This document shows, piece by piece, positions 23,985 to 36,777 of a stretch of DNA of 64,000 nucleotides; position 1 is the first letter of the stretch; the number at the start of each line of letters is the position of its first letter. Source of the DNA: Basidiobolus meristosporus CBS 931.73 (lineage: Eukaryota; Fungi; Basidiobolomycota). A model generated the notes under the pieces. The model made no database searches, was not told the origin of the DNA, and saw only the letters and a program-made list of their open reading frames with translations. The DNA is taken from the NCBI GenBank assembly GCA_002104905.1, contig MCFE01000208.1:1-64000 (forward strand), read 5' to 3'. Made by a program: the position numbers and the translations under genes.

Positions 23985-25411
23985 ATGGCGAAGCCAACCT
24001 TACCTCGTACTAAATACAAGCTTTTCTCTCGTTCATATCTGCTTTCTTGCGGATGCAGAGCGCTCACATTAACTCTCTCCCTTGTCATTCTGATTGTTAT
24101 CGTGACGCTTATCAAGTACCATGCCACTCCCACCACTGACGACTACTCCAAGGTCACTTTTGACTGGAAGGTTGACCCTACAAAATACCTAAGGCCATAT
24201 AACTCCACTTTTGGAACATACAACATTCTACTGGATGGGCACACACATACCGTGTACTCAGACGGGAAGCTGACCCCAGAGCAAATCATTCAACTTTCAA
24301 TAGGTAAACTCGAGTAACGTTGGGATGAGGGTTCAAGTGTGCTGAAATATGCCTTTCTCTAGCCAATGGGTATAATGCCGTCGTTGTTTCGGACCACAAC
24401 ACCATTAAAGGTGGTTTGGAGGCTCAAAGAATTGCTCTTGAAAAATACCCCAATCAAATTGTGGTTATACCTGCCCAAGAATACAGGTATTTGTTATACT
24501 TCTCTTAATCCTGAACACTTTATTGACTCTGAGCGTTGGGGTTTTTCAGTTCATGCCGTATCCACATGAACTTTCTAAATATCAACGAGACCGTTCCGTT
24601 TGGACCGCCTTTCCCCACCAATGAAGATTTACGAAAAACTATAGATCGTGTCCACGAGCTAGGAGGCTTGGTGGTGGTCAATCATATACCATGGTCAAAT
24701 ACAACTACATATGGGTATCAGGTAGCTACACTTCCCGACCATCCCTCACGAGAAGAACTGATGGATTTGGGTGTTGATGGGATCGAAATAATCAATGGCA
24801 ACACATTTGATTACCAAAGCATTGAATTCATGAACGAACATCCTGGGCGTTTCTTTGCTATCACCGGTGGGGACGTCCACTATCCCGATGCTGCCTATGC
24901 TTGGACAACAGTGAACGTAGCCAACTTTACGGCTGGTGCGGTTATAAATGAGCTGAAAAACCGCAGAACATCTTTTCTATTCGACCCAACAGGCACTCGG
25001 CCGCGCGTTTATGCACCTATTAACCCGGCGTTTGAAAGAGTGGCGCCGTTGGTGTACTTGGGAGAGTACTTTGGGAATTTCTATGACGATAACCGCGGGA
25101 TGTATTCATTCCAAGGAAGCTTTTGTCAGCCTTCACAGTTTACCGTGTACAGATCGATGTTTGGATACTTCGTCCTCTATGTATTAGTTTTCTTCTTAGG
25201 ATTTGAAGTGATTCGGGCTGGAGTCATAGCAGGAGCAGTATTTAGTGGAAACAAGATCAAGAGCTGGTATCGTAGACGCAAACATAGAAGTGCTCCGATC
25301 ATCGAGGGTCGCACTCATGACTCGCTCTTAAACAACCCAGAGGCCTCAAAATCCCCCACCACCCTGACCTCCGCGCCCAACTCGCAGCTCTCCCCCGAAC
25401 AGAGAGTCTAG
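23985..25411 (+). CDS. Membrane-anchored PHP-family (polymerase/histidinol phosphatase-like) metallophosphoesterase; 3 exons
   Basis: N-terminal TM (LTLTLSLVILIVIVTLI), then DGHTHTVYSDG, spliced SIANGYNAVVVSDHN, QEY, IHMN, VNHIPW, GIEIING and GGDVH metal-ligand motifs, and a C-terminal TM (FGYFVLYVLVFFLGFEVI). Two GT-AG introns restore the frame. Confidence 0.85.
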
Positions 25412-28097
25412 CAACAAGATACACTCTATCCCAGTAGTTACCCACACCATCCTTAATACTCTTGTGAAATATCCTGACTGCTCAGTAAAAAACGATGCAT
25501 CCTTGGCTAACAGCCAAGGGATTAAATGGCTTACGGTTGGCTAATCATAATAACTTGTGAATCCAAAACTACATCTCCTGGGGCGCAATCAACCCGTTGG
25601 CAAACCATACTATTGCTACAACCCATGCGCACTCAACCCCCAACCCCAACCCTAACCCTAGATGTTGGTGCTTGATCTCCTGAATTACCCTCAGCTCAAC
25701 TGTAATAAATTCCTGAATGGGCATGATTGAAGCAATAGAGCGAGCGAGCTTGATTGGTGCGGAGAGTATATTACTTGATGTTCAAACCGCATATTTCCAA
25801 GTAGAAAGTATTGTATACAGGAACACCGTTGTGTCAAGCCTAAAATACCACCAACCCTTGGCGCAATTAACCATTTGCTACCCACCCTTGTTGACGGAAT
25901 AATGAATGCTCAGACATGAGCATGGGAATCACCAATGCATATACTTAATTATGGCCACATGCTTAGTTTAATGCAAGTATTGAATAAATCTCTACGGTGA
26001 ATCAGTCCCGGTATAGATAATGAAGGATAACATGACTCGGGAAGCCAACGGATGATGTAGAATATGCAGAACCTGGGGCCCGGGTGTTTTGTTCAATTGT
26101 AAAAACAAGCATGTCAGTTAGGATTACACCAATCGAGAATACGAGAGGCCCTCTGGCCGTCCGTTGTTGCTCAACCTGCACCTAAAAAACATTCCCATCC
26201 ATCAGCTTCTGGGAACAGGCAGTCTGTCCCCTGATTGGGTCATCACGCATCGCAATCTTCTCAGGAAGCCATCTCGGTACTATTTAGCGCCGAACCTACC
26301 CGTTTGGAACAATGGCATGGTGTTTGTAAGAAACGGAATACTGCATGTAAACGTGATGATGAGCGCTCTCGTCCACAAGTAGACTTCGTTTGAGCCTTTT
26401 TAGGGCGGTTCCTGTACTGGTCATGTCCAGCAAGAAAGCTTAGTTGGAATTTTAATCATCTGAGTCAGTGGAGCCACAGCATACATACAGACCGGCCAAT
26501 GGCAGCGGGTCGCCTCAGGGATAGATGACTACCCTCATCAAAAGCTTTGGATTTCCAAGTCAGATGGCAGCGGGATAGGATCCATTATTAGAGAGCTCCA
26601 GATCCTGAACCGGAAAATACAGGTTTTGAGTTTGATATTGGGGTTTGAAGGATACACAAACCTAAATTTGACAACTGGACTCATCACATCATTTCTGGGG
26701 TGCGGGATCACTCTCCTTGGATTTGTATGAGAAATATATCAGCGATAATCAAGCATTGCGACCACGAAATCAACGCTGTTAGCTAGCTGTATTACCTCCG
26801 AGTCGACAAATCCCATGATTACTCGTGAACGCACCATAATTACATGCAGGCACGAGATGGAATCAGCGAAGATCTAGAATGTCTGATTCACTCACTTGGG
26901 GTAGGTGTGGGTCAACTGAGTTTGCGTATCAATGTTTCACGGCGTAGGAGTGCACTTGATTTGACGCCCACATGCGGTACCGTTGACAATACCACGAAGG
27001 AAGCCCAGTATTGCTTCGTGCCAGATGGGCCGCTCGTGGACATTGCCATAACGGCCGATCTGCATCGCAGCTCAGCATGGCGAACGGGCGCTGAGCTGAT
27101 TGTTTCCCAAGCGCTGGCAAAAATGCCCAGGCTGCCGTTACCGAGCAAATCACACGCACGTAAGCTAAACTCTGGTTCTCGTGATTGAATTGCGCAACAT
27201 GCATTTAGCTTCACCGCTTTACCAAATCGAGCGCTGCAGAGATTTCCCATTCAGTTGATTTAAGCCGTGCCATTCCAAACCCACTCGACAATGGAGTCGG
27301 TCTGGCGGGCATCGTATTGGCCAGCATGCGATAACTCATCAAGGATAGTGAGATGAGAGTTTGCATCAGCTCGTGGATCGATTTTAATTGCGATTTGTGT
27401 AAATAACTTACGCACGCATCATTCACCTTACGTATTAGGAGATATCGAGGTTTGTTTAACAGAAAACGGGCTAAATTGGTGTCAATTCCCTGTAGTCTTG
27501 AACCGGAGAACAATCCAATAGATCAAGAGTAAGGCTCATTTTGAAGTCGAGTAAATTGGCAAAAATACTTTCTCCTGATTACCTATCAAAGGTGAGGCTG
27601 ACCCGGTTCGTTGTACTCGGTTACTCAGTTCGTTGCTGATGATCTGTATAATTTTCATGTAGATTGTGCACATTTTCAGGCTGGTACAGTCTCTACAATT
27701 TAATCTTTGTACCCTCTTGATATTCCTCAATCTTCCAACTATGATCACTTATATAAGAAGCTGAAAACCTGTAAATTCCTCGAATCTTACTTTTGGATTT
27801 TTCCCTTCCCTTTATAACCGCCAGATTTCCTGTTTGCAACATCATTGAATCTTGGACTTTCCAGCATCAGCATTGACGTTTCCTTTCCTACTTGAAACCT
27901 TACATCTTTTTGTCAATCCAATAACTCGGAATTCTCTTTACCTGTTCCTCCATATTTTCGCGTAGCATTTTCGCGCCAATTTCTTTTGTAAAGATAGCAC
28001 CCTTTTGATCACTACCAACCATTGAACACTATTCGACTCTGCTGAGCAACTTTGACTCCAGCCAACAGACACCCTACCCCAACGCTGATAACATTAC

Positions 28098-30109
28098 ATG
28101 GTCAACATTGAGCGACATTACATTTCTCACCCGTCAGGTGCGTATTTGCTCGAATCCTTCAATACTCCAACCCTCGCTAACGAAGTACTCTCCAAAAGAC
28201 GATTTCAGCAAGCACTCGACCAAGAACTTTGCCCAATTTCCATACATGAACACCAATTCACAATATGGGAATTTCCAGCAGCATTTTCAAGGGGTTGATT
28301 CACGGTTGGCGGTTCTTTGTAGCCCTGATGTCCCGCAGATGAGATACTAACCTTTGGAATTCTAGCCACAACATGGTGCATCAGTATAAAGGTGAACCGA
28401 TGTTCTCCGATGCTGGTCAACAACACACTCTACTAGGCCATCACCAAATGCTGAACCAGCACTCACTGCCGTCTGTCACAAATGCGCAGCTGAGCTCTTA
28501 CGGTGCCCCCATGCAGCACCTTAGCAATGGCCATGGAAATCAGCCACAGCACCAAGAGATGCATATGCATCAACATATGGGCCACCCTTCGCAATACAAC
28601 CAGTCCCCTCCACTGGAAAGCCTGTCGAATCAAGAATCCCAATTTGGACTGAATCCTGGTTCACCGCCATCAGGCGTACCAGTAAATTCCAACTCGTATG
28701 TCCCTCCAACTTATTCGTGGTATCTGATCTTATGACTGATCGGTCTTGTTTCCCTGATTGCCAGAAACCTCCGCTTCAATATCAGCCTAGAAGCACAAAC
28801 CGCTGCAGCGCAGCGAGTTGACGAGACTCCATTAACATATTTGAACAAGGGTAATTTACTGAGGGAACCTGCCGTGACGACGGGGAATTAAGATTTGTTC
28901 AACCTCCAGGACACTATTACGCCATTTCACTGTTGGACGGTGAACGTACAGATGCCGATTTAACAAGTACGCTCAGGATGACTTTTCACGATGACGCGCA
29001 TCGAAAGCTTGCTGGGACCTATTGGCAATTCTGGTTTTCCCAGCAGAACTCTCCCAAAACTGCTAGAGCCTTGGATATTGGTATTAGACTACTAGTGATC
29101 TATTTGTGTCGCAGCCATGGTCTAAAAGTGCTTGCTCATTCCAGATAAGGCTGCATCTACGGGGATCAAAAACGTTGAATGTAATTCTTTTGACCGAGTC
29201 TCTTTCCAGTGGAATGGAAGGAAGAGCGCCAAGATTTACGTGAAGTTCAACTGCCTGTCAACCGATTTCTCTCGGATCAAAGGAGTCAAGGGCATACCCT
29301 TGCGAATAACCATGGAGACCAAAACCGAGGACAATAACGTGAGCGCCGAAAAGGCTTTCGCCAAAGTAAAGCTTTTCAGAGATAAGGTGGGTGGGCTCCT
29401 AGTCTTCACGAGATTTTCCCTTGTAATTAAGCATTGTTCACAGGGTGCTGAGAGAAAGAACAAGGATGATCAAAGACACCTTGAAAAGATCTGGGAAAAG
29501 ATGCGAGGCAAACAACAGGATGCCAACCCGCTACTGATGATGTTTGCCCCCGTCACTCAGACCACAGTCTTTGTGGAGACTCCGGCAAAGGATTCCGCCG
29601 ACAATGACGAGGAAATCGTCTTCACAGGCCTCGGTATTGAAGGTGGAGAATCCGATCCAGCTCTATTGGCGAAAAGAAAGCGGCTCGAGGCGATCGGGTC
29701 GGAGTTTTCGGAGAGTATCGGCATAGATCCTACTTACACGCCTCTGGCACGAAAAAAACGGGCTGGTATGTAATTCGTTGAGTACCGCGAACTGCAATTG
29801 CATTGTGTGGAACTAACGGATGTTGGAATTTCAGTGCTCTGCATTTATGTGAAACTAGTAGGTGAGAATGTTCATCGCGCCGTGTATCTCGAGCGTCTTG
29901 TGGTTCAGGATTTGATCCAAAAGTTGACTGATAAAATGGGTATCCCCGCCCAAAACGTGTATTCAGTGGTCCGAGTTACCAGCAAAGGACTACAGGTACG
30001 TGTCGACGATACAGTGATAACTCAGATGAACGATGAGCAAGATATGGAGGTCGAATACGAAAGAGAGGAAGGCAACGAGGACAGCATCACTTTAAAGCTT
30101 AGATTCTAA
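28098..30109 (+). CDS. Grainyhead/CP2-family transcription factor; multi-exon
   Basis: Gln/His/Pro-rich N-terminus, then NLRFNISLEAQTAAAQRVDETPLTYLNKG...WQFW...FQWNG...VKFNCLSTDFSRIKGVKGIPLRITMETK...AKVKLFRDKGAERKNKDD (CP2 DNA-binding domain) and a C-terminal ubiquitin-like dimerisation segment. The start codon is less certain than the domain. Confidence 0.88.
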
Positions 30110-30981
30110 ATCGCTCCCGCTTGAGTAATTTATATTAACATTTTGACCAGGCCACTATAACATACAAGATGCTCTATACATATGCCATATTGCCCTCCAT
30201 ATACTGTTGTACACATTCACCACCTAATGGTTTCTTCTCTTTCAATATATCTTCCAATATCCCTAGCCTTCGCCCTTAATTGGCGGTCCGATTGGGCATA
30301 CTAACATCACTTCGAAATTGTGTACATAACATAGTTGATTCTATTATAATTTCCCTAACCCCTAATAAACCTCTGCTGATACGGTACATGCTGGACTACC
30401 CTGACCCTTGTGATCCCCGACTCAACCTGAAAACAGCCAGTGAGTACCGTGCTTGAGTGCTGCTGTACGCAATCTTGTAAAGATCACTGCGACGGTGGTA
30501 CTGTGAAATAGTTTGATTGGGACTGTGATGAGAACCCAAGCCGTATCACGAAATGTCAATATATCAACTGAATGAGCTAATCCAACATTCAGGTTTGAAC
30601 ACGTTTCGCTCCAACCTTTTGAATATGGATCTCAAGATGCCGGTTTGGTTGGGAGCCGTGCATGTGTTTGTGATTGTTATCAGCCGCATCGATCTTCCCA
30701 CTTGCCTATAACCGCTGATGCCTAGTGGAACCTCAGTCCTATCGAAAATGCCCCCAGATGAAACTGAGATCTGATGTGTTTCCCACCATGCACTTGGCTG
30801 ACGGATGTTCCATCTGTGGATCTAGAGAAGGTTCATTCTGATGTAAGAATTGGACCTGATGATCCGGGATCAAGTGGCCTTGGACGAAAATAGGCGTGCT
30901 TGCAAGGGAAGGATCACACAAGATGCCATTGGCGAGGGAATGTTATGGCAAGACTCGTTTATTTCAACTTCAGCATTGATT

Positions 30982-31686
30982 TTAACCAAGGAAAGAGAGA
31001 CCCTTTTTTAGAATGCTATACCCGTAGCCCCCAAGTCTTCTGAAGAACCCAGGCCTAGGCTTGTCTTCCTTTGGCGGGTCATAGCTTGAGGGTAGTTGAT
31101 ATGTGTAATCGTTAATATATGTGTGATTTTGAGGGATGTAGATGATTGGGTTGTTTCTCCAATTCATAAACTTATATTCCTCCTCTTCTGATGGACCCCC
31201 ATACCCTGCAGGGAACGGCTGCGGTTTTTGGGGCGGTATGAAATACCCACCACCTGGATAGCCCCCATTAGGCCCTGGGTAGCCACCGTTTGGTCCAGGA
31301 TATCCACCATTAGGGCCTGGATAACCGCCATTAGGTCCCGGAGGTCCCGGGTACCCGCGGCCTGGTCCCGGATAGCCACCATTAGGACCTGGATAGCCAC
31401 GGTTTGGTCCTGGATAACCACGGTTTGGTCCCGGATAGCCACCATTAGGCCCCGGGTATCCATTCGGAGCTGGATATCCACCAACTAGCGGAACATTGTA
31501 AGGGTTGAACCCATTCCCTTTTGCGTAACCAGGCTTGTTCACTGGACCTAAATAACCGGGCTGACCGTTCATTTGGAAAGTCTCTCCGCCAAGACCATAT
31601 CTTGGAATGCCATAGGGTCCGTCGGCATCCGACATACCCAACAGAACAATAAGGCCAATAAGGAAGCTAATCTTCTCCAGGAACAT
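30982..31686 (-). CDS. Secreted Gly/Pro/Tyr repeat protein G5 (234 aa as a single exon)
   Basis: Signal peptide MFLEKISFLIGLIVLLGMSDA, about 10 (G/R)GYPGPN heptads, and an acidic then basic tail. A short 3' intron replacing the last codon cannot be excluded. Confidence 0.85.
   Translation of the reverse strand: MFLEKISFLIGLIVLLGMSDADGPYGIPRYGLGGETFQMNGQPGYLGPVNKPGYAKGNGFNPYNVPLVGGYPAPNGYPGPNGGYPGPNRGYPGPNRGYPGPNGGYPGPGRGYPGPPGPNGGYPGPNGGYPGPNGGYPGPNGGYPGGGYFIPPQKPQPFPAGYGGPSEEEEYKFMNWRNNPIIYIPQNHTYINDYTYQLPSSYDPPKEDKPRPGFFRRLGGYGYSILKKGLSFLG
31245..31482 (-). repeat. Coding 21-bp repeat array in G5 (GGYPGPN/RGYPGPN)
   Basis: Repeated ccgggaccaaaccgtggttat-type units with synonymous variation. 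Confidence 0.85.
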
Positions 31687-32401
31687 AGCGACTTGACAAA
31701 CGAACGGGGTGAAATGGATTCCTTTCCATGAACCTTTTTATCGCCTGACCGCTGGTGAATTCCAAACGGTGTAATAGAATGAAACACTTCAGTGTGCAGA
31801 TCTCAAACGAGAGACCTGTTGTAGTTGCAACACCCGCATTAAAATCGGCGAGTGTGGCTCCAGACTGATCAATACATTGAATTTAATTTACAAGAAATGT
31901 CTGAACCCTCTGAACACGCTCTCCTCGTGATTTTTGAGGAGAGAGCTCTAAAAGATCCAATTAAATCTATTGTACGGGAATCACACAACCTTCATAAGAA
32001 GTCGCGAAGGTCGTGTACTTTATGTACAAAAAGTAGATACTGTCACATTGTTGAGGGCGATGGTTTATATTGTGGATTTCATCTCCGCTGATATTATGGG
32101 ATTTCCAGAATTTTGGTGAATGGCTTACTACATCCTCAATCATCGAGGAGGTGTTGGGCCAACAGCAATTGGCAGCCGATTGGGTCACCGTGTACATCGA
32201 GTCAATTGGTGTTCATATTCATATTGGTAAAGAATCTTATTAAATAATGGTTGAATTTCACAGAGCAGAATTACATATTGTTGAAGAGGCAAGTGCCATT
32301 AGTTCGTAAATCACAAATCTCGGTCCTCGTCAAACGTATCCAAGATCGCAGGTCGAGTATAGTAACAACCGCATACACTCTCTTGGCCAGACAGATTTTT
32401 T

Positions 32402-33543
32402 TTACACTACTCTGGTTGGGGTTTCGTTAGACCTTCCTGGAGTAAAGGATTGCTCTTCCGTTTCATTTTCACTGCCACCGCCAGGATGTACCTTCGACCA
32501 CAACTTAGATAGATGTTCTCATACTCCATAAAAATTCATGCTCTTACCGATCTGTTCAAAATCATCGTTTTCAGCTCCTCTACGTCATAGAAAAAGGTCG
32601 GTGTTAGCAATGGAATACCAATACAGCAGCATCTCTGATAGCAGAGTACCGAATTTCTGGTCAGATAGCTTATTAAATCTGATGGAGCTTGAGCCTTGGT
32701 GGTCTCCATAAAGGTTAGAGTCCATGACCGAATACTCAGCGCAGTTTTTCGCGAACTCCGCAAACACCTCCGGTTTGTTGCGATACCTGTAGTATGGAAG
32801 GGCGCTGTGAGTCTGGGTTTGCGGGTGGGGAGTAAGTATTACGCCATTACATCAACCAAGCTTCTTGATTTGGGCAATTATGCTGCTGGAGGTTATCGAG
32901 AACTGATTTTTTGAACGAACTCTTGATATAGTGTAGTATATGCGAGATAAAGTCTTTGTGTGGGGTCCACTGCGGAAAACGCTGCTTCAGGGAAAACCGA
33001 CGATATACATCCACAAGTGGGTGGAATACATCGTTGATAAAATCAACGGAGGGTGCCTTGTCAGGATACGTAAGCATGGTTAAGGAAAAGGTGAGGCCGA
33101 GTGGGTAAGCAAACAAGTCCGCCATTTTCAAAAAGGATATTCTTGCGGGATAGCGATTTTGAACTTGAAGATCCCATTTCTGTAATAGCCCTTGTGTACA
33201 AAGATCGACCCGTACCAGACTGAGTTGTTCACGAGGAACTATTAATGGAGGATAGGGCAAAGGAAGATGGCAGCAAAAGAATACCGTTCATATTGTCTAA
33301 AGAGGGCATGATGTAGATGCCACTTGGGCAGTGACTTGGGTTGCGAAGGTTGGTGAATTCAATCATAAGCTCATAACGTTTGAAGTATTGCGAGTAAAAT
33401 TGGGGCCGCTTCTTCTGGACAGTTCGCTCCGAAGCAACCTCGGAATCCTCCTGTTCGTATGAGGCATTATCCGACTTGGTGCTTCTAGTTGCTTGAATGG
33501 ACAACGAGGCGCTCTGCCTTGGACTACCATTATTGGACATCAT
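32402..33543 (-). CDS. AKTIP/FTS-like ubiquitin-conjugating enzyme variant (UEV); multi-exon
   Basis: YFKRYELMIEF...PSGIYIMPS...FVHKGYYRNGIFKFKIAIPQEYP...APSVDFINDVFHPLVD...FSLKQRFPQW...HILHYIKSSF. No catalytic Cys after HP. The 3' exons were inferred from splice sites. Confidence 0.82.
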
Positions 33544-34639
33544 AATACACGCAGGTTTAGTAGAGTTGAAGGAACCTTAACAACAGCCCTAGAGAAATCT
33601 TAATGCAAGGCTTTGTACAACACACATATGATAGAATTGGGAGTAAATTCAGGAGAAAACTGCTGCCATGTTGCATCAATAAATCAGTGAATTTATTGGC
33701 GTATCAGAAAGTGAGATGTAAATGACAAATTGAGGTTAAATATTTGCACAAATTGATCAAAGTTGTGGATTTGGCCATGGTGATCAACTTTCTGTGAAGA
33801 TAATCACGGAAGTTGATTGATGATGGACGCAATGGATTTCAAGAGGTATGGGGGACATCAGCTGCCAGCGTTATAATGCAGCAGACGTTAGATAACTCTG
33901 GAACAGCTCGTGCGGCTGACTTGGCTATCTGAATTCTGAAAAGGCTGCCACCAAAATCGGCCCTCTCGTTACTCTGATGAATGAATGGAAAATCCGGCTG
34001 ACGATGTAACTGTACAAATTAAATGATAACATGATTAGATCCAATAGGCGGTCTTCATCGATTGGATCTCATCATGTATTACTAATCTAATACCATAGTC
34101 CCTTGTGGAATCAACATCTAAGAACCATTCAACAACGGACCGCTAGAAGCATCGTAGAAATACAAGGAGGCTTTGTATGATAATCAACCTTTATTGACTT
34201 GTGGTCGAATGAGAATTTACCACCAAGGGGTTCAAATGATGTATAATGTAGAATCAGCTACATTTGCTCTTCAAATCTTAGCAGATTCAAACGGCGCCTA
34301 TTCAAGCGCTAGGAACATCATTGGCTTGATCCGAGCAGGTGTATTGAAAATGGAATCTAGGTGGAAAGTCGTCACTCAGAATAAAAGAATGGGCCAAATC
34401 GTTCGATGTTGAGTTGATTGGCTAGATACTACTGTTTACATGATTTCTGAGACTTCTTCTCGGAATAAAGTTCTGTTACCCTAGCCTGATTGGTATAATC
34501 GTTGTTTTGTTGACACAGAGATGGAAGAGTCGCTAAGATTAATGACTCTGCAAGTCCCGTGACTTTGTTTGCCACTTTCACTATATAATTTGCCATGCCT
34601 TCCATGCAAGCACCATTCACCAAATATCTTGTAACATAA

Positions 34640-35974
34640 ATGCCTGAAGTTATCTCCATTCACGTCGGCCAAGCCGGTGTTCAAATTGGTAATTCTTGCT
34701 GGGAGCTATACTGTTTGGAGCATGGCATACAGCCGGATGGCTTCAAGAATGACGCTGCCGTCGAGAATTCTTGCAATACGTTCTTCTCTGAAACCGGTTC
34801 GGGAAAATATGTTCCCCGCACTGTGTTTGTGGATCTTGAACCTACCGTGGTAGATGAGGTACGCACAGGCACTTATCGCGACCTGTTTCACCCGGAGTTT
34901 CTAATTACTGGCAAAGAGGACGCGGCCAACAATTACGCTCGTGGGCATTATACGATCGGTAAGGAAGTCATCGATAGCGTGTGCGACAAGGTTAGGAAAC
35001 TGGCAGATAATTGCTCTGGCCTTCAGGGCTTCATGGTGTTCCACTCATTTGGTGGAGGAACAGGGTCTGGCTTCGGGGCACTATTGATGGAGCGGTTGTC
35101 CACCGACTTCGGGAAAAAATCCAAACTGGAGTTTTCAATCTATCCCGCTCCGCAGGTTTCTACTTCTTGTGTTGAGCCCTACAATTCGGTTTTGACCACC
35201 CACACCACTCTGGAGCATTCGGATTGTTCATTCATGGTTGACAACGAGGCTATATACGATATCTGCCGTCGCAACTTGGACATCGAGCGCCCAACCTACA
35301 GCAATTTGAACCGAATCATTGCTCAGGTGGTATCTTCCATCACCGCCTCGCTTCGTTTTGAGGGATCTCTTAATGTGGACTTGGCAGAGTTCCAAACAAA
35401 TCTGGTCCCATATCCCCGAATCCACTTTCCACTAATCACTTACGCTCCAATAATCTCAGCAACCCGCGCCTACCATGAGCAATTATCTGTGTCTGAGATC
35501 ACCACGGCTTGCTTCGAGCCGAACAATGTAATGGTGAAATGTGATCCACGCCATGGCAAATACATGGCCTGCTGTCTCCTGTATCGTGGAGATGTTGTTC
35601 CCAAAGATGTTAATGCTGCCATCTCAGCCATCAAGTCAAAGCGCACCATTCAGTTTGTAGACTGGTGTCCTACCGGCTTCAAAGTCGGTATCAACGGCCA
35701 GCCACCCACGGCCATACCCGATGGAGATTTGGCCAAAGTCAACCGTGCTGTATGCATGCTGAGTAACACCACCGCCATTTCGGAGGCATGGTCCAGACTA
35801 GATCACAAGTTCGATCTGATGTATTCCAAGCGGGCCTTTGTTCATTGGTATGTTGGCGAAGGCATGGAGGAGGGTGAGTTCAGTGAAGCTCGCGAAGACC
35901 TTGCAGCTTTGGAAAGGGATTATGAGGAGGTAGGCATGGAGTTTGCAGATGAGGAGGAGGTTGATGAATATTAG
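34640..35974 (+). CDS. tubA: Alpha-tubulin, intronless and divergent (444 aa)
   Basis: [78 protein letters not shown] and an acidic tail ending EY. TATATAA at 34582. Confidence 0.97.
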   Translation: MPEVISIHVGQAGVQIGNSCWELYCLEHGIQPDGFKNDAAVENSCNTFFSETGSGKYVPRTVFVDLEPTVVDEVRTGTYRDLFHPEFLITGKEDAANNYARGHYTIGKEVIDSVCDKVRKLADNCSGLQGFMVFHSFGGGTGSGFGALLMERLSTDFGKKSKLEFSIYPAPQVSTSCVEPYNSVLTTHTTLEHSDCSFMVDNEAIYDICRRNLDIERPTYSNLNRIIAQVVSSITASLRFEGSLNVDLAEFQTNLVPYPRIHFPLITYAPIISATRAYHEQLSVSEITTACFEPNNVMVKCDPRHGKYMACCLLYRGDVVPKDVNAAISAIKSKRTIQFVDWCPTGFKVGINGQPPTAIPDGDLAKVNRAVCMLSNTTAISEAWSRLDHKFDLMYSKRAFVHWYVGEGMEEGEFSEAREDLAALERDYEEVGMEFADEEEVDEY

Positions 35975-36777
35975 GCGGGTCTTCATTTTATTAGCGATTT
36001 GTGCCAGTTTTGTATAGTATAGAGAATATATTTGTAGACAAGTTACATCTGAGCAATGTTGGTATCAGCGTAAAATAAACCTTGTTCCATTTCGAAATTG
36101 ATTGGTATTTGAAGGTTTTACTGACTGAAAGGGGTATCAAAAAATTTCAAGCATTACGGCATGTATTTGACGGTTGGGAATGCTCATACAGACAATGCTT
36201 TTATTGAATTTCCTAGTAGAAATCATTGTACTGTAACCAGTAATTACAGGTACCTACCAGGGCAGGTTCAATTGCTTATGTGTGGCCTTTTCAACCTTTC
36301 ATGGTTAGTACTCACACACTGAGTTTTCATAGACTAACCATATAAAATGCACAGCAGGCATGGCAATTCATCAGACAGCTCGCCTGCACCTGAAACTGTT
36401 ACAGACACTGGAAAGAGAGTAGGCAGTTGGAATAACGTCCAACCGTATTGTAAGGAAATCGTAAACGCAAATTGTGGAGGCCTCATATTCCATTATATTT
36501 ACATTTGCTCGGTCGCTCGACCGAGAAAAGGTTGCTGTACATGCCAAGAACGCATTCACGGACGGATTCGTCAAACAGTCATTCACTTATACCCCAACGA
36601 CTAATAAAACCACCGTTGCTATTTGCCCTGTCCTGCGAGTGAAAGGTACACCCAGACACACTCATCAATCGATCATGGTATCTGCCAATGACTGCAAGTG
36701 GGTATTTATTGACATAGATCAGTTCATAACACATCCCGAGTCCATCCAAATCCAGATGGTGGAGTCTTTATGCCAGC

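Noticed and set aside
25634-25660. CAACCCC/CCCTAA telomere-like run
   Set aside because: Only about two TTAGGG-type units in a degenerate 27-bp run, internal to the window.
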